DNA from: Anaeromyxobacteraceae bacterium
GTDB taxonomy: Bacteria; Myxococcota; Myxococcia; Myxococcales; Anaeromyxobacteraceae
Length of the DNA stretch: 64,000 nucleotides
Assembly (NCBI GenBank): GCA_032654565.1
Contig: JAULAX010000015.1
Location: 1,184,001 to 1,248,000, forward strand
Reading direction: 5' to 3'
The translations under genes were made by a program, and so were the position numbers. The notes beneath the pieces were generated by a model. The model was not told where the DNA came from, did no database searches, and saw nothing but the letters and a program-made list of their open reading frames with translations. Positions 46,210 to 56,700 of this stretch are shown in pieces; the first letter of the stretch is position 1, and every line of letters starts with the position of its first letter.

Positions 46210-47393
46210 GGACCCGCCGGCTGGTCACGGCGCTCTGCCTGCTCACCCTGGCCGGCTGCGCCGCCGGCGGCAAGCTGAAGCGCAACGCCGACGTGCTGAC
46301 CCAGGACGCCGTCAAGGCCCGCAACAGCGGGGCCGCCCGCTGCGCCCCGCGCGAGCTGGCGCTGGCCGAGGCCAACCTGGACTTCGGCAAGGCCGAGATC
46401 GACTGGGGCAACGCCTCCCGCGCCGCCGACCACCTCAAGGTGGCCGAGCAGAACATGAAGAAGGCGCTGGAGCTCTCCCGCACCTGCGGCCCGGCCAAGG
46501 TCACCATCAGCGAGAAGAAGCCGGTCCCCGCGGCGGCCCCGGTGGTGGCGCCCGTCATCGTCATCGAGCGGACCGACCGCGACGGCGACGGCGTCCCCGA
46601 CCTCGAGGACAAGTGCCCCGACCAGCCCGGACCGCGCGAGAACCAGGGCTGCCCGGTCTCCAAGGACTCCGACGGCGACGGCATCCCCGACGACATCGAC
46701 CGCTGTCCGCTCGACCCGGAGGACCTCGACGGCTTCCAGGACGAGGACGGCTGCCCCGACCCGGACAACGACGGCGACGGCATCGTCGACAAGATCGACG
46801 CCTGCCCCAACACCTCCGGCCCCATCTCCAACCGCGGCTGCCCGGTGCTGGACCGCGACGGCGACGGCATCCCCGACGACCAGGACAAGTGCCCGGACCA
46901 GGCCGGCCCCAAGGAGAACGGCGGCTGCCCCGACGCCGATCGCGACGGCGACGGCATCGTCGACCGGCTCGACAAGTGCCCGGACGTGCCGGGCGTGGCG
47001 CCGGACGGCTGCCCCAAGAAGTACACGCTGGTCGAGGTGAAGAAGGACCGCATCGTCATCAAGCAGCAGGTCCACTTCCAGTCGGCCAAGTCGGCGGTGC
47101 TGCCCGACTCCTTCCCGCTGCTCGACCAGGTGGTGCAGGTGCTCCGCGACTACCCGAAGATGCGGGTCTCCGTGGAGGGGCACACCGACGCCATCGGCGG
47201 CGAGCTCCTCAACATGAAGCTGAGCCAGGCCCGCGCCGAGTCGGTGCGGAAGTACCTCACCGGCAAGGGGATCCCCGACGACCGGCTCGAGGCGGTGGGC
47301 TTCGGGCCGACCAAGCCCATCGCCTCCAACAAGACCGAGAAGGGGCGGGGCCAGAACCGCCGCACCGAGTTCCGCATCATCTCGACGGAGTAG
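46206..47393 (+). CDS. Lipoprotein: DUF4398 + TSP3 Ca-binding repeats + OmpA C-terminal domain
   Basis: LAGC, repeated DxDGDGxxDxxDxCP, VEGHTD, LSQARAESV, NRRTEF. Confidence 0.9.
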   Translation: MRTRRLVTALCLLTLAGCAAGGKLKRNADVLTQDAVKARNSGAARCAPRELALAEANLDFGKAEIDWGNASRAADHLKVAEQNMKKALELSRTCGPAKVTISEKKPVPAAAPVVAPVIVIERTDRDGDGVPDLEDKCPDQPGPRENQGCPVSKDSDGDGIPDDIDRCPLDPEDLDGFQDEDGCPDPDNDGDGIVDKIDACPNTSGPISNRGCPVLDRDGDGIPDDQDKCPDQAGPKENGGCPDADRDGDGIVDRLDKCPDVPGVAPDGCPKKYTLVEVKKDRIVIKQQVHFQSAKSAVLPDSFPLLDQVVQVLRDYPKMRVSVEGHTDAIGGELLNMKLSQARAESVRKYLTGKGIPDDRLEAVGFGPTKPIASNKTEKGRGQNRRTEFRIISTE

Positions 47394-47405
47394 GGCTCTC
47401 ACTCA

Positions 47406-48479
47406 ATGGCTCGCTTCGAGGTCTTCGTCCCGGCGGCGCCGCCCAAGGTCCCCATGGACCTGACGCTGCGGCTCGACGCCGACCACTGGCTGGGGGCGCT
47501 CAAGACCGGGCTGCAGCGGCTCGGCGAGGTCCACCCGGCCAACAACGTCCTGTGCGACATCCAGGCCGACGGCTCGATCCACGTCACCGACCCGGACTCG
47601 GGGCGGGTCTTCCGCATCCTCGAGCTGCCGGCCACCACGCCGGTCGACCCCATGCCGGTGGTCAGGCCCGCGCCCCCGGCTCCGGTGGCCGCGCCTCCCC
47701 CTCCGCCTCCTCCTCCGCCTCCAGCCGCTGCCCCGCCTCCGCCCCCCGCCCCGCCGCCTCCGGCCCGGGTGGTGCCCGCCCCGGCGCCGGTCGCCGAGCC
47801 GAAGCCGGCGCCCCGGCCGCCCCCCGCGCCGGCACCGCCGCCCGAGCCGAAGCGGGTGGCCCCGGCGCCCGCCCGGTCCGGCCCGCGCCCCTCCGGCCAC
47901 GTCGACCGGGTGGTCGAGGCCCGCAGCCCCACCGTCACCCCGATCCACCCCATCGGCCGCATCGCCATCGTGGTCAAGGCCGAGGACGTGCTGGCCGACC
48001 TCTTCCTCGAGGTCAGCGAGCTGGGGCGGATCCAGGACCGCAAGGCCGGGCTGGGGTTCGTGCTCGACGCCGCCATGCGGGTCATCGGCTGCGAGGCCGG
48101 CTCGGTCTTCACCACCGACCTGGGGCGCAGCGATCTCTCCTTCGCGGTGGTGCGCGGCCCCTCCGCCGACAAGCTGGCGGCGCTGGGGATGAAGGTGCCC
48201 ATCGGCGTGGGGCTGGTGGGCTTCTGCGCCCAGGAGAACGTCTGCGTGGCGGTCTCCGACGCCGAGAAGGACTCGCGCTTCTACCGCGCCGTCTCCGAGG
48301 CCACCGGCTACCAGACCCGCTCGCTGCTCTGCGCCCCCATGGCGCAGCAGGGGCTGGTGGTGGGGTGCCTGGAGGTGCTCAACAAGAAGGGCGGCAAGCT
48401 CTTCGACCAGAAGGACCTGGCGGTCCTCTCCTACCTGGCGGCGCAGGCGGCGGCCTTCCTGGCCCGCCTCGACGGGTAG
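47406..48479 (+). CDS. GAF protein with small N-terminal domain and poly-Pro linker
   Basis: GVGLVG, D.RF....TGYQTRSLLCAPM, LEVLNKK..FD..D (NKFDE-type GAF). Confidence 0.82.
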   Translation: MARFEVFVPAAPPKVPMDLTLRLDADHWLGALKTGLQRLGEVHPANNVLCDIQADGSIHVTDPDSGRVFRILELPATTPVDPMPVVRPAPPAPVAAPPPPPPPPPPAAAPPPPPAPPPPARVVPAPAPVAEPKPAPRPPPAPAPPPEPKRVAPAPARSGPRPSGHVDRVVEARSPTVTPIHPIGRIAIVVKAEDVLADLFLEVSELGRIQDRKAGLGFVLDAAMRVIGCEAGSVFTTDLGRSDLSFAVVRGPSADKLAALGMKVPIGVGLVGFCAQENVCVAVSDAEKDSRFYRAVSEATGYQTRSLLCAPMAQQGLVVGCLEVLNKKGGKLFDQKDLAVLSYLAAQAAAFLARLDG

Positions 48480-48542
48480 CCTTCGCTGCCGGCGGCCACC
48501 CCGGCCCGGCGACGAGCCCGGGGCGGGGCCAGCGCGCCCTCC

Positions 48543-49586
48543 TCACTCCCCGTCGTCGGGCAGGTCGGCGTCGGCCTTCATCAGCTCGCGCATCACCACC
48601 GTGGCGTAGCTGCCGCGCGGCAGGTCGAAGCGGGCCAGGTAGCCGTCGGGGAGCGGCGAGAGCGCCACCTCGATGGGGAGCCGGGCCGCCCGCCGGGTGC
48701 CGGCCGCCTCGTCGCCGCCGCGGGCGAAGTCGGCCAGGGTGAGCCCCTCCGCCGCCAGCAGCCGCGCCTCGCGCTCGGCGGGCACGCCGCCGGCCGCCGG
48801 CTTGAGCTGGTGGCCGAACATGGGGCCGGCCGGGCTCACCTCGAAGGCCGCCACCCGCGCCGCGTCCAGGCCGGGGTCCTCGCAGACGAAGACCCCGCCG
48901 CTCTCCAGCTTCTTGAGCACGTCGCCGACGAGGGCGGTGGCGAAGAGGCCGTCGGCGATCCGCTCCGACAGCCAGCGGTTGAAGAGCTCCGACTGGTAGG
49001 CGGAGAGGGCGAAGCGGCGCAGGAAGCGGTCGCGGGCCGCCCGCCGGGCCTCCGGCGGCGGGTCCGGGGAGAGCAGGGCCCGCCCCAGGGTGGCGTTGGC
49101 GCCGTCCTGGCCGAACCGCTGCGGGCCGAAGAAGTTGGGCAGCCCGGCCCGGGCCAGGGCCTCGGCGCAGCCCCGCGCCGCCGCGAGGTCGCCGCCCCGC
49201 ACCGCCACCTCGAAGCCGTTGCCGCGAGCGTGGCCGGGGCGCAGCTTGTTCTGGTGGCGCGAGGCGGCCAGCACACGGTAGCCGTCACCGGCCAGCGACG
49301 CCGGATCCGGGTCGCGGGCCACCGGGAAGCTGAGCCACTGGGTGGTCAGCGCCACCTTGTCCTTGAGGCCGGCGTACCCGGCGTCGCGCTCGGCCACCCC
49401 CAGGGCCCGGGCCAGGGCCCGGACCACGTCGCGGGTGGTGCGCCCCCGCTTCTCGACGTGGAGGTAGAGGTGCGGCCCGGCGCCGGCCGGGAGGTAGGCC
49501 GGCCGCTCGTCGACGCGGAAGTCCTCGGGCGTGGCCTTGAGCCGCCCGCCCGAGCCGGGGCAGGCGGCGGTGACGTAGGGGATCAC
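48543..49586 (-). CDS. truD: tRNA pseudouridine(13) synthase
   Basis: PEDFRVDE, YAGLKDK.A.T.Q, PNFFGPQRFG, F.LPRGSYAT. Confidence 0.93.
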   Translation of the reverse strand: MIPYVTAACPGSGGRLKATPEDFRVDERPAYLPAGAGPHLYLHVEKRGRTTRDVVRALARALGVAERDAGYAGLKDKVALTTQWLSFPVARDPDPASLAGDGYRVLAASRHQNKLRPGHARGNGFEVAVRGGDLAAARGCAEALARAGLPNFFGPQRFGQDGANATLGRALLSPDPPPEARRAARDRFLRRFALSAYQSELFNRWLSERIADGLFATALVGDVLKKLESGGVFVCEDPGLDAARVAAFEVSPAGPMFGHQLKPAAGGVPAEREARLLAAEGLTLADFARGGDEAAGTRRAARLPIEVALSPLPDGYLARFDLPRGSYATVVMRELMKADADLPDDGE

Positions 49587-50848
49587 CCGCCGGCCAGCCC
49601 CTCGAGGGCCGTCAGCTTGCGCCGCACCAGCGCCCCCAGGGTCTCGTCGGCCTCGCGCGAGAGCCGGTCGGCGGCCAGGAAGAGGTTGAAGAAGACCAGC
49701 TCGCGCAGCCCCTCGGCCAGCAGCCGCAGGGCGTCCCCCTCCGGCGGGTGCAGGGCCTCCAGGTTGGCCAGCAGCGCCGCGGCGTCGAGCCCGCCGTCGG
49801 AGGGCATGTCGAGGCCGCGGAAGAGCGGGGCGAAGGGGACGGTGCGATCCTGCAGGTGGGCCGAGGCGGCCTCGAGGAAGGCCGGCCGGGCGCTGGCGGG
49901 GAGGGCGATGGTCACCAGCCGGAGCAGCTCGACGTAGCCGCCGGCCAGCGCCGCCAGCCGGTCGACGTGCCCCTCCGACCGGGGGGCGGCGGGCGCCTCG
50001 GCGGTCTCCACGTAGCCGGCCTCGGCCAGGTGGTAGAGCACCTTGGTGGCGTCGAACTCGCCCAGCCGGGCGGCGCTGGCCACCTGGGCGACGCTGCGCC
50101 GGCCGTCGACCAGGGCGAGGAGCTGCTGCTCCACCGGCTGCAGGGTGACCGCCCGGGTGGGCTCGCGGCGGCGCAGGAACGCCCCCGGCCCGGGGATGCG
50201 GGCCTTGAAGAGGCTGAGCTCGTCGATGCGCCGGATCCCGTCCATGAGCAGGGCCTGGGTGCTCACCGCCTGCGGGGCGGTGTTCAGGTCCGGCTCCTCG
50301 TCGTCGGCCAGCCAGAAGATCCCCGAGGGGAGCAGCAGGATGGCGTGGAAGACGGCGGTGATCTGCTCGTGGAAGCAGCGCCACAGGTCGTTGGAGGTGA
50401 GCAGCCCCAGCTCCACCAGCGCCTTGCCCAGCGGCCGGGGCCCGCCCATGGCCTTCTCCAGCTGGGCCTCGTTGACCAGCCCGAGCTTGAGCGCCACCTC
50501 GCCGATGCGCTCGCCCACCACCGTGGAGCGGGAGCTGCGCACCTCGCCGTCCTTGAAGGCGATGGCCCGCTCGGCGTCGGCGTTGACCACGTGCAGGACG
50601 CCGCTGAGCCGGGCCTGGTGGGCGAAGGCGATGAAGTCGGCGATGGGGAAGCCGGAGAGGTCGCCGGCCAGGGCGACGCGGGGGTGGGGCGAGGCGCCGC
50701 CGGAGGCCGGGGTGCGGCGGGCCACCAGCAGGTCGGGGGAGGAGGGGAGCCACTCGAACCGGCCGGCCCGCTCGCCCAGCGCGGTGCGGACCTCGCCCGA
50801 GCCAGGCGCCACCCGGCCGTGGGGGTCGATGTCGAGCCAGTGGGGCAT
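49583..50848 (-). CDS. DUF4388 domain protein
   Basis: LAGDLSGFPIADFI...SGVL, ERIGEV, LLMDGIRRIDE, wHTH-like LVDGRRSV. Confidence 0.82.
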   Translation of the reverse strand: MPHWLDIDPHGRVAPGSGEVRTALGERAGRFEWLPSSPDLLVARRTPASGGASPHPRVALAGDLSGFPIADFIAFAHQARLSGVLHVVNADAERAIAFKDGEVRSSRSTVVGERIGEVALKLGLVNEAQLEKAMGGPRPLGKALVELGLLTSNDLWRCFHEQITAVFHAILLLPSGIFWLADDEEPDLNTAPQAVSTQALLMDGIRRIDELSLFKARIPGPGAFLRRREPTRAVTLQPVEQQLLALVDGRRSVAQVASAARLGEFDATKVLYHLAEAGYVETAEAPAAPRSEGHVDRLAALAGGYVELLRLVTIALPASARPAFLEAASAHLQDRTVPFAPLFRGLDMPSDGGLDAAALLANLEALHPPEGDALRLLAEGLRELVFFNLFLAADRLSREADETLGALVRRKLTALEGLAGG

Positions 50849-51789
50849 CAGTTGGCCTCGTCCCGGCTCCAGCCCTGCTGCTCCTGCCACTCTTCCTCGT
50901 CCTGGAGCGTGAACTCCAGCATCCACTCGGAGTAGTCGGGGATCACGTGGAGCCGGCCGCCGAAGTAGAGGCTGGGGGTGCCGCGCAGCCCGGCGGAGCG
51001 CCCCTCGGCCTGGGAGCCCTCGACCTTGTAGCGGTAGCGGCCGGTCTCCAGCGCCGCGCGCAGGTCGGCGTCGTCCTTGCCGGCCTCGCGGGCGTAGGCG
51101 GCCAGGTCGTCGGTGGTGAGGGCGTGGGGCCGCTCGAAGAGCAGGTCGTGGAAGGTCCAGAAGATCCCCTGCTCGCGGGCCCACTCGGCGGCCTGGGCCG
51201 CCTCGACGGCGTGGGGGTGGGCCTCGATGGGGAAGGGCTTGTAGTGGAGCTTGAGCCGCCCGGGCCGGTCGGCGACGAACTTCTCCAGCACCGGCCGCAT
51301 CAGCTGGCAGTAGGGGCAGGTGAAGTCGGAGAACTCCACCACCGTGACCGGGGCCCTGGGATCGCCGAGCGGGGGGCCGAAGCCGGCCACGTCGAGGGTG
51401 GCGCGCCGGGGGCGGTCGAAGGAGGCGTAGTACTTCTCCAGCATGGCCTTGAGCGCCGGCCTGGCGAGCCCGCCCAGCGCCAGGCGGGCGGCCAGCCGGG
51501 CGGTCCGCTTGGCGTGGTGGCAGCCGCCGTGCTGGCGCAGGCACTGCGAGACGGTGTGGGGGCAGCCGCAGTAGCAGTAGGTCTCCTGTGCGACCTCGGC
51601 GACCGCCTGCTGCTGCTCGGCGGTCAGCCCCTCGAGCGGGATGCCCGGCAGCAGCGCCTCGGGCGAGGTGGGCTCGCCGAGGTTGGCCTGGGCCGGCGTG
51701 GGCAGCGGGGGCGCGGAGGCGGTGGTGCGGGCGGCGCAGCCGGCCAGCAGGGCGACGGCGAGCGCGGCGGGGAGGAGGGAGGAGTGCAT
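50848..51789 (-). CDS. DsbA-like thioredoxin lipoprotein with extra CYCGC motif
   Basis: LAGC lipobox, EFSDFTCPYC, GTP, and YCYCGCPH...C...C. Confidence 0.85.
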   Translation of the reverse strand: MHSSLLPAALAVALLAGCAARTTASAPPLPTPAQANLGEPTSPEALLPGIPLEGLTAEQQQAVAEVAQETYCYCGCPHTVSQCLRQHGGCHHAKRTARLAARLALGGLARPALKAMLEKYYASFDRPRRATLDVAGFGPPLGDPRAPVTVVEFSDFTCPYCQLMRPVLEKFVADRPGRLKLHYKPFPIEAHPHAVEAAQAAEWAREQGIFWTFHDLLFERPHALTTDDLAAYAREAGKDDADLRAALETGRYRYKVEGSQAEGRSAGLRGTPSLYFGGRLHVIPDYSEWMLEFTLQDEEEWQEQQGWSRDEAN

Positions 51790-51907
51790 CGGAGCGGTCT
51801 CCGGCGAGGGAGCCCGATGCTACCACGCACCCTCGCGCCGCCCAGCAGGGTCGCCGGGGCACACCCGGGTGGCGCTCCGGCCCCGGCTGGCATAGAGCAG
51901 GATCCGG

Positions 51908-53644
51908 ATGCATCCCTCCACCCTCGCCCGCGGCGCCGTCCGCAAGGAGCCCGGCGGCCGCCTCGGGGTGGCGCTCTGCTACCCCAACGCCGAGCGGCTG
52001 GGCATGGCCAACCTCGGCTTCCACGCCGTCTACCGGCTCTTCAACGACGACCCGGCCACCCGCTGCGAGCGGGTCTTCCTGCCCGAGGACGGCTCGCCCC
52101 CGCGCTCGGTGGAGTCGGGGACGCCGCTCGGCGAGTTCGACGTGGTGGCCTTCTCGCTCTCCTTCGAGGACGACTTCGTCCACCTGCTCGAGCTGCTCGA
52201 CCGGGCCGGCCTGCCGCTGCGCGCCGCCGATCGCGACCAGCGCCACCCGCTGGTGGTGGCCGGCGGCATCGCCATGCAGATCAACCCGGAGCCGGTGGCC
52301 CCCTTCCTCGACGCCGTGCTCATCGGCGAGGGGGAGGAGCTGGTGCCGCCGTTCCTCAACTGGCTGCGCGGCCAGGCCGGCCGGCCGCGCCCCGACCTGC
52401 TGCGCGACCTGGCCCGGCTGCCCGGCGCCTACGTGCCGGGGCTCTACCAGGTGGCGTACGCCGACACCCGGGCCAGCGCCGGCTGGGTGACCCGCTTCCA
52501 GCCCACCGAGGGGGCCCCGGCCCGGGTGGCGCGCCGCTTCGTGGCCGACCTGTCGAAGGTGGCCACCTCGCGGGTCATCGAGTCGCCCGACGCCCAGTTC
52601 GGCGACCTCTTCCTCACCGAGGTGGCCCGCGGCTGCCTCTGGGGCTGCCGCTTCTGCGCCGCCGGCTTCGTGCAGCGCCCCTACCGCGAGGTGGACCTCC
52701 CGACGCTGCGGGGCGAGGTGAAGAAGGGGATCGCCGCCGGGCAGCGGGTCGGGCTGGTGGGGCCGGACACCAGCGACTACTCCGGCCTGGACCCGCTCAC
52801 CTGCTTCATCGGCGAGCAGGGCGGCAGCTTCAGCCCCTCCTCGCTGCGGGTCGACGCCATCACCCCCCTGCTGGCGGGGCGGATGGCGGCCGGCGGCGAG
52901 CGCTCCATCACGCTGGCCCCGGAGGCCGGCACGCCGCGGATGCGCGAGGTCATCAACAAGGACTTCAGCGACGACCGGATCGTCCAGGCGGCGGCCGACG
53001 CGCTCGAGTCCGGCATGATCAACGTGAAGCTCTACTTCATGTGCGGCCTGCCCACCGAGACCGACGAGGACGTGCTGGGGATGGCCCGGCTGGCCATCCG
53101 CATCCGCGAGGAGGTGATGGCGCCGCGCGCCAGGGTCACCAAGCGGATGGGGCGCATCACGCTGTCGGTCAACCCCTTCGTCCCCAAGCCCTGGACGCCG
53201 TTCCAGTGGCAGCCCATGCACGACCGCAAGTGCCTGGAGGGGAAGCGCAAGCTGCTCGAGCGCGAGCTGCGGCCGCTCGGCATCGACGTCGACTTCATGA
53301 GCCCGCGCGAGGCCGCGGTGCAGGCCCTCTTCTCCCGCGGCGACCGGCGCTGCGCCGACCTGCTGGAGCTGGCGCACCGCGAGTTCGAGGGGGACGTGGG
53401 GCGGGCGCTGCGCCGCTGGCCGCACGACCCGGACTTCTTCGTGCTGCGCGAGGCGGCGGTGGAGGAGCAGCTCCCCTGGGACTTCATCGACCACGGCCTG
53501 ACCAAGGCCTTCCTGGCTCGCGAGCAGCGGCGCGGCCTCGGCGCCCGCATCACGCCGAAGTGCGAGGTGGAGTCCTGCCGGGCCTGCGGCCTCGCCTGCG
53601 CCGACCACCCGGAGCTGAAGACCGGGCTGCCGGTCGTCTCCTGA
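51908..53644 (+). CDS. Radical SAM protein (B12-binding-like N-terminus, TIGR03960-like)
   Basis: YPN...GMANLGF, ARGCLWGCRFC, SSLRVD, APEAGT, KLYFMCGLPTE, FVPKPWTPFQW. Confidence 0.88.
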   Translation: MHPSTLARGAVRKEPGGRLGVALCYPNAERLGMANLGFHAVYRLFNDDPATRCERVFLPEDGSPPRSVESGTPLGEFDVVAFSLSFEDDFVHLLELLDRAGLPLRAADRDQRHPLVVAGGIAMQINPEPVAPFLDAVLIGEGEELVPPFLNWLRGQAGRPRPDLLRDLARLPGAYVPGLYQVAYADTRASAGWVTRFQPTEGAPARVARRFVADLSKVATSRVIESPDAQFGDLFLTEVARGCLWGCRFCAAGFVQRPYREVDLPTLRGEVKKGIAAGQRVGLVGPDTSDYSGLDPLTCFIGEQGGSFSPSSLRVDAITPLLAGRMAAGGERSITLAPEAGTPRMREVINKDFSDDRIVQAAADALESGMINVKLYFMCGLPTETDEDVLGMARLAIRIREEVMAPRARVTKRMGRITLSVNPFVPKPWTPFQWQPMHDRKCLEGKRKLLERELRPLGIDVDFMSPREAAVQALFSRGDRRCADLLELAHREFEGDVGRALRRWPHDPDFFVLREAAVEEQLPWDFIDHGLTKAFLAREQRRGLGARITPKCEVESCRACGLACADHPELKTGLPVVS

Positions 53645-53671
53645 GCGTGGCGTGGTCGGCCGGAAGGTGAA

Positions 53672-53703
53672 GCGCCCGGCCCCCGAGGAGGGGAGCCGGG
53701 CGC
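53672..53703. terminator. Bidirectional hairpin between convergent genes
   Basis: GCGCCCGGC...GCCGGGCGC stem. Confidence 0.55.
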
Positions 53704-53728
53704 GGGCCGGGCGGGCGATCGGGCGCGG

Positions 53729-56700
53729 CTAGGGAGGCGCGACCACGAACCCCTGGATCGGGACGTTGATGGAGCGCTCCGTGGAGATGCTGCTGATGAT
53801 GTTGGTGGTCCGGAGCGTCGCCGTCACCCAGGTCAAGGCCGACTCCGGCAGGGAGCCGCCGGTGACGGTGATCCACCCGAATGAACCGTACTGGAACGAG
53901 CCCACGTCGGCGCGCCGCACGCACGGCGTCCAGTTGCAGGTGGTGCCGCAGACCGTGGGATCACCGCCCGGCGACCCGTCGCAGTAGAGCTGGCGGAAGA
54001 GCATCCCCAGCCCGTCGGTGGTGGTGGGGGCGGAGTTGAACGACGAGGTGAAGCTGGAGCCCGTCGTCTTGGAGATGCCGTAGGTGGTCCGGTAGTTGGG
54101 CAGGTTGAAGTTGAGATCGGTCATGTAGACGGCGCGGGAGGTGCTCCCGGCCGGCGTCCCGGGTGCCGGGGTGGTGGTCGAGTGCGTGACCGTGAACCCC
54201 GCCGGGGACGTGCCCACCGGCGTGAACGGGCTGGGGAAGCCGTTGTAGAACCGCGAGGCCAGCTCGCTGACGCCGTCGTTCTGCACCTCCACGTAACCGG
54301 TGTAGAGGATGCGGGTCTCGGCCCAGATGGTGGTGCTGGCGTCACGCACACCGTTTGGCCCGTCCCAGGTGCCGTTGTTGTTGGCGTCGAAGTAGGGCTC
54401 GTCGAACTCGCCGCCGGCGACGATGCTGTCGCGCTTCCCGTTGTCGTTGATGTCCACGAACGGCTCGCCGAGGTCGACGAAGCGCTCTCCGAGCAGGCAG
54501 CCGGGGGTGCCGGGCGGGTCGTAGAGGCCGTTGGCCGGGCAGCCGTTGGAGCTGTCGAAGAAGCCCTCCTCGCCGCGGACCGCGGCGATGACGGTGACCA
54601 GGCCGTCGCGCGGGTTGTGGCGGCGGGTCGAGCCGACTGGCTGGCGCAGCCGTCGAGGGCCCAGTCGTGCGCGAGGTCGAACTCGCCGGCGACCTGGGGC
54701 AGCACGTCGGTCGGCAGCTTGGCGCCGTTGGTGTCGATGACGCTGCTGGTCCGCCGCAGGTTCCCCTGCTGGGTGGGCAGCACGCCGCTGGGGTTGTAGG
54801 CCGGGGTCGGTGGCCGAGGAGGCCGGTGGTGCCGGCCTCGGTGAAGAACTGCACCAGCGGTGGCGACGCCCAGCTTGTTCTTGAACCGGTCGGCCAGCGT
54901 CACCACGCAGGTGATCTTGGAGTCGGCCCCCGCGTAGGTGGAGTTGGTGCAGTCGTGGCTGGTCAGCGCCGGGATGTTCTTGGGCGAGCAGTCGATGGAG
55001 ATCTCGGCGCCGGTGGCCTTGGCGCCGACGATGGCGATGTTGCCGGCGGTGGCCTGGAGCAGGTTGCTCCCGCCGGCCTGGGCGCGGGCCACCACCGAGA
55101 CCACGTTGGCGATCGAGCCGGAGTGGAGGATGACCTTCACCTTGCCGGTGGCGTCGGTGACGCCGCTGGCGGTGCAGACGTTGGCGGCGCAGCCGGCCGC
55201 CGAGGCGCCGATGTAGGAGCCGCCCAGCTGGCCGTGCTCGAAGGCGACGGCCAGCCCGGCCGGGTAGGTCTGGTTGGCCGAGTCCACCAGCTGGAAGGTG
55301 AACTCGTTGGACTCCTGGAAGCCGGAGCCCAGGGCGCCCATCACCGCGTACTGCTGGTTGACGAGGTTGACCTGGGCCAGCTGCGGCAGGGTGATGGTGA
55401 CGGTGTTGCTGATGGTGGTGGTGCCGGTGAAGTAGCTGGCGGTGACCACCGCCGGCCCGGAGGCGGTGGAGGAGGTGAAGGTCACCGAGGCCTGGCCGGC
55501 GCCGTTGGTGGTGGCGGTGGGGCCGACCGTGCCGAGGCTGGTGGTGAAGTCGATGGTCTGCCCGCCCTGCGGCGTGATGGTGCCGGTGTCCTTGCTGAGC
55601 GTGGCGGTCACCGTGGTGGTGGCGAGGCCGTTGGCGGCCAGCCGGGTGGCGGTGGCCGAGACGGTGAGGACGTAGCTGGAGCTGGTGTCCTTGCAGACCC
55701 AGGTGGCGCCGCTCAGGGCGCAGAGCTGCAGCACGTTGGTGCCGCACTGGGCGCCGAAGGGCGCGCCCTGGCAGCCCGGGTCATTGCAGTCCACCTTGCC
55801 GTCGCAGTTGTTGTCGATGTTGTCGCGGCACTGGACGCCGGACTCGACGCTGCCGCTCGGGCAGGTGCAGACGGAGGGGGTGCCGGCCGAGCAGGCCAGG
55901 CCGTTGGCGCCGCAGATCTTCCCGGCGCAGTCGGGATCGGCGCAGTCGATGAGGCCGTCGCAGTCGTTGTCGATGCCGTCGCTGCACGAGGTCTCGGCCA
56001 CCTGGCCGCCCGGGCAGACGCACTGGCCGACGAAGTCGCACTTCTCGCCGAAGCGGCCCACCACGGTCTGGCAGGCCTGGCCGAAGGCGCCCACCGTGGC
56101 CGGCCGGCAGCCGGGGTCGGCGCAGTCGATGAGGCCGTCGCAGTCGTTGTCCTTGCCGTCGGCGCAGCCGGTGGTCCCCTCGCTGGCCATGGCCACGCCG
56201 CCGTTGCCCGTGCAGATGCAGGTGCCGCCGTTGGCCGGCGAGCAGGTCTGGCCGTTGGGCCCGCAGCTCTTCGGCGTCAGGTTGCAGTCGGTGTCGGCGC
56301 AGTCGATCTTGCCGTCGCAGTCGTTGTCGAGGCCGTCGCCGCAGGAGACCTCGCCGCCCACCTCCGCGCCGGTGCACTCGCACACCAGGGTGGTGGGGTT
56401 GCAGGTCTTGCCGGTGGCGCTGCAGGCCGCCGAGGCGCAGTTGGGATCCTGGCAGTCGACCAGGCCGTCGCAGTCGTTGTCCTTGCCGTCGCTGCAGGCC
56501 GTCTCCACGGCCTGGGGCGTGCCGCCGTTGCCGGAGCAGACCGCGCAGGTCGAGACCCCGCCCACCACCGGCGAGCAGGTGTTGCCGCGGGCGTCGCAGA
56601 CCGCCCCCAGGGCGTTGCCGACGGGGCGGCAGTCCGGATCGTCGCAGTCGATGAGTCCGTCGCAGTCGTTGTCCTTGCCGTCACCGCAGGAGGTCTCGGT

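Noticed and set aside
46206..47393. Possible TraB (outer-membrane exchange protein)
   Set aside because: It has TSP3 and OmpA domains but no N-terminal beta-barrel and no adjacent traA.
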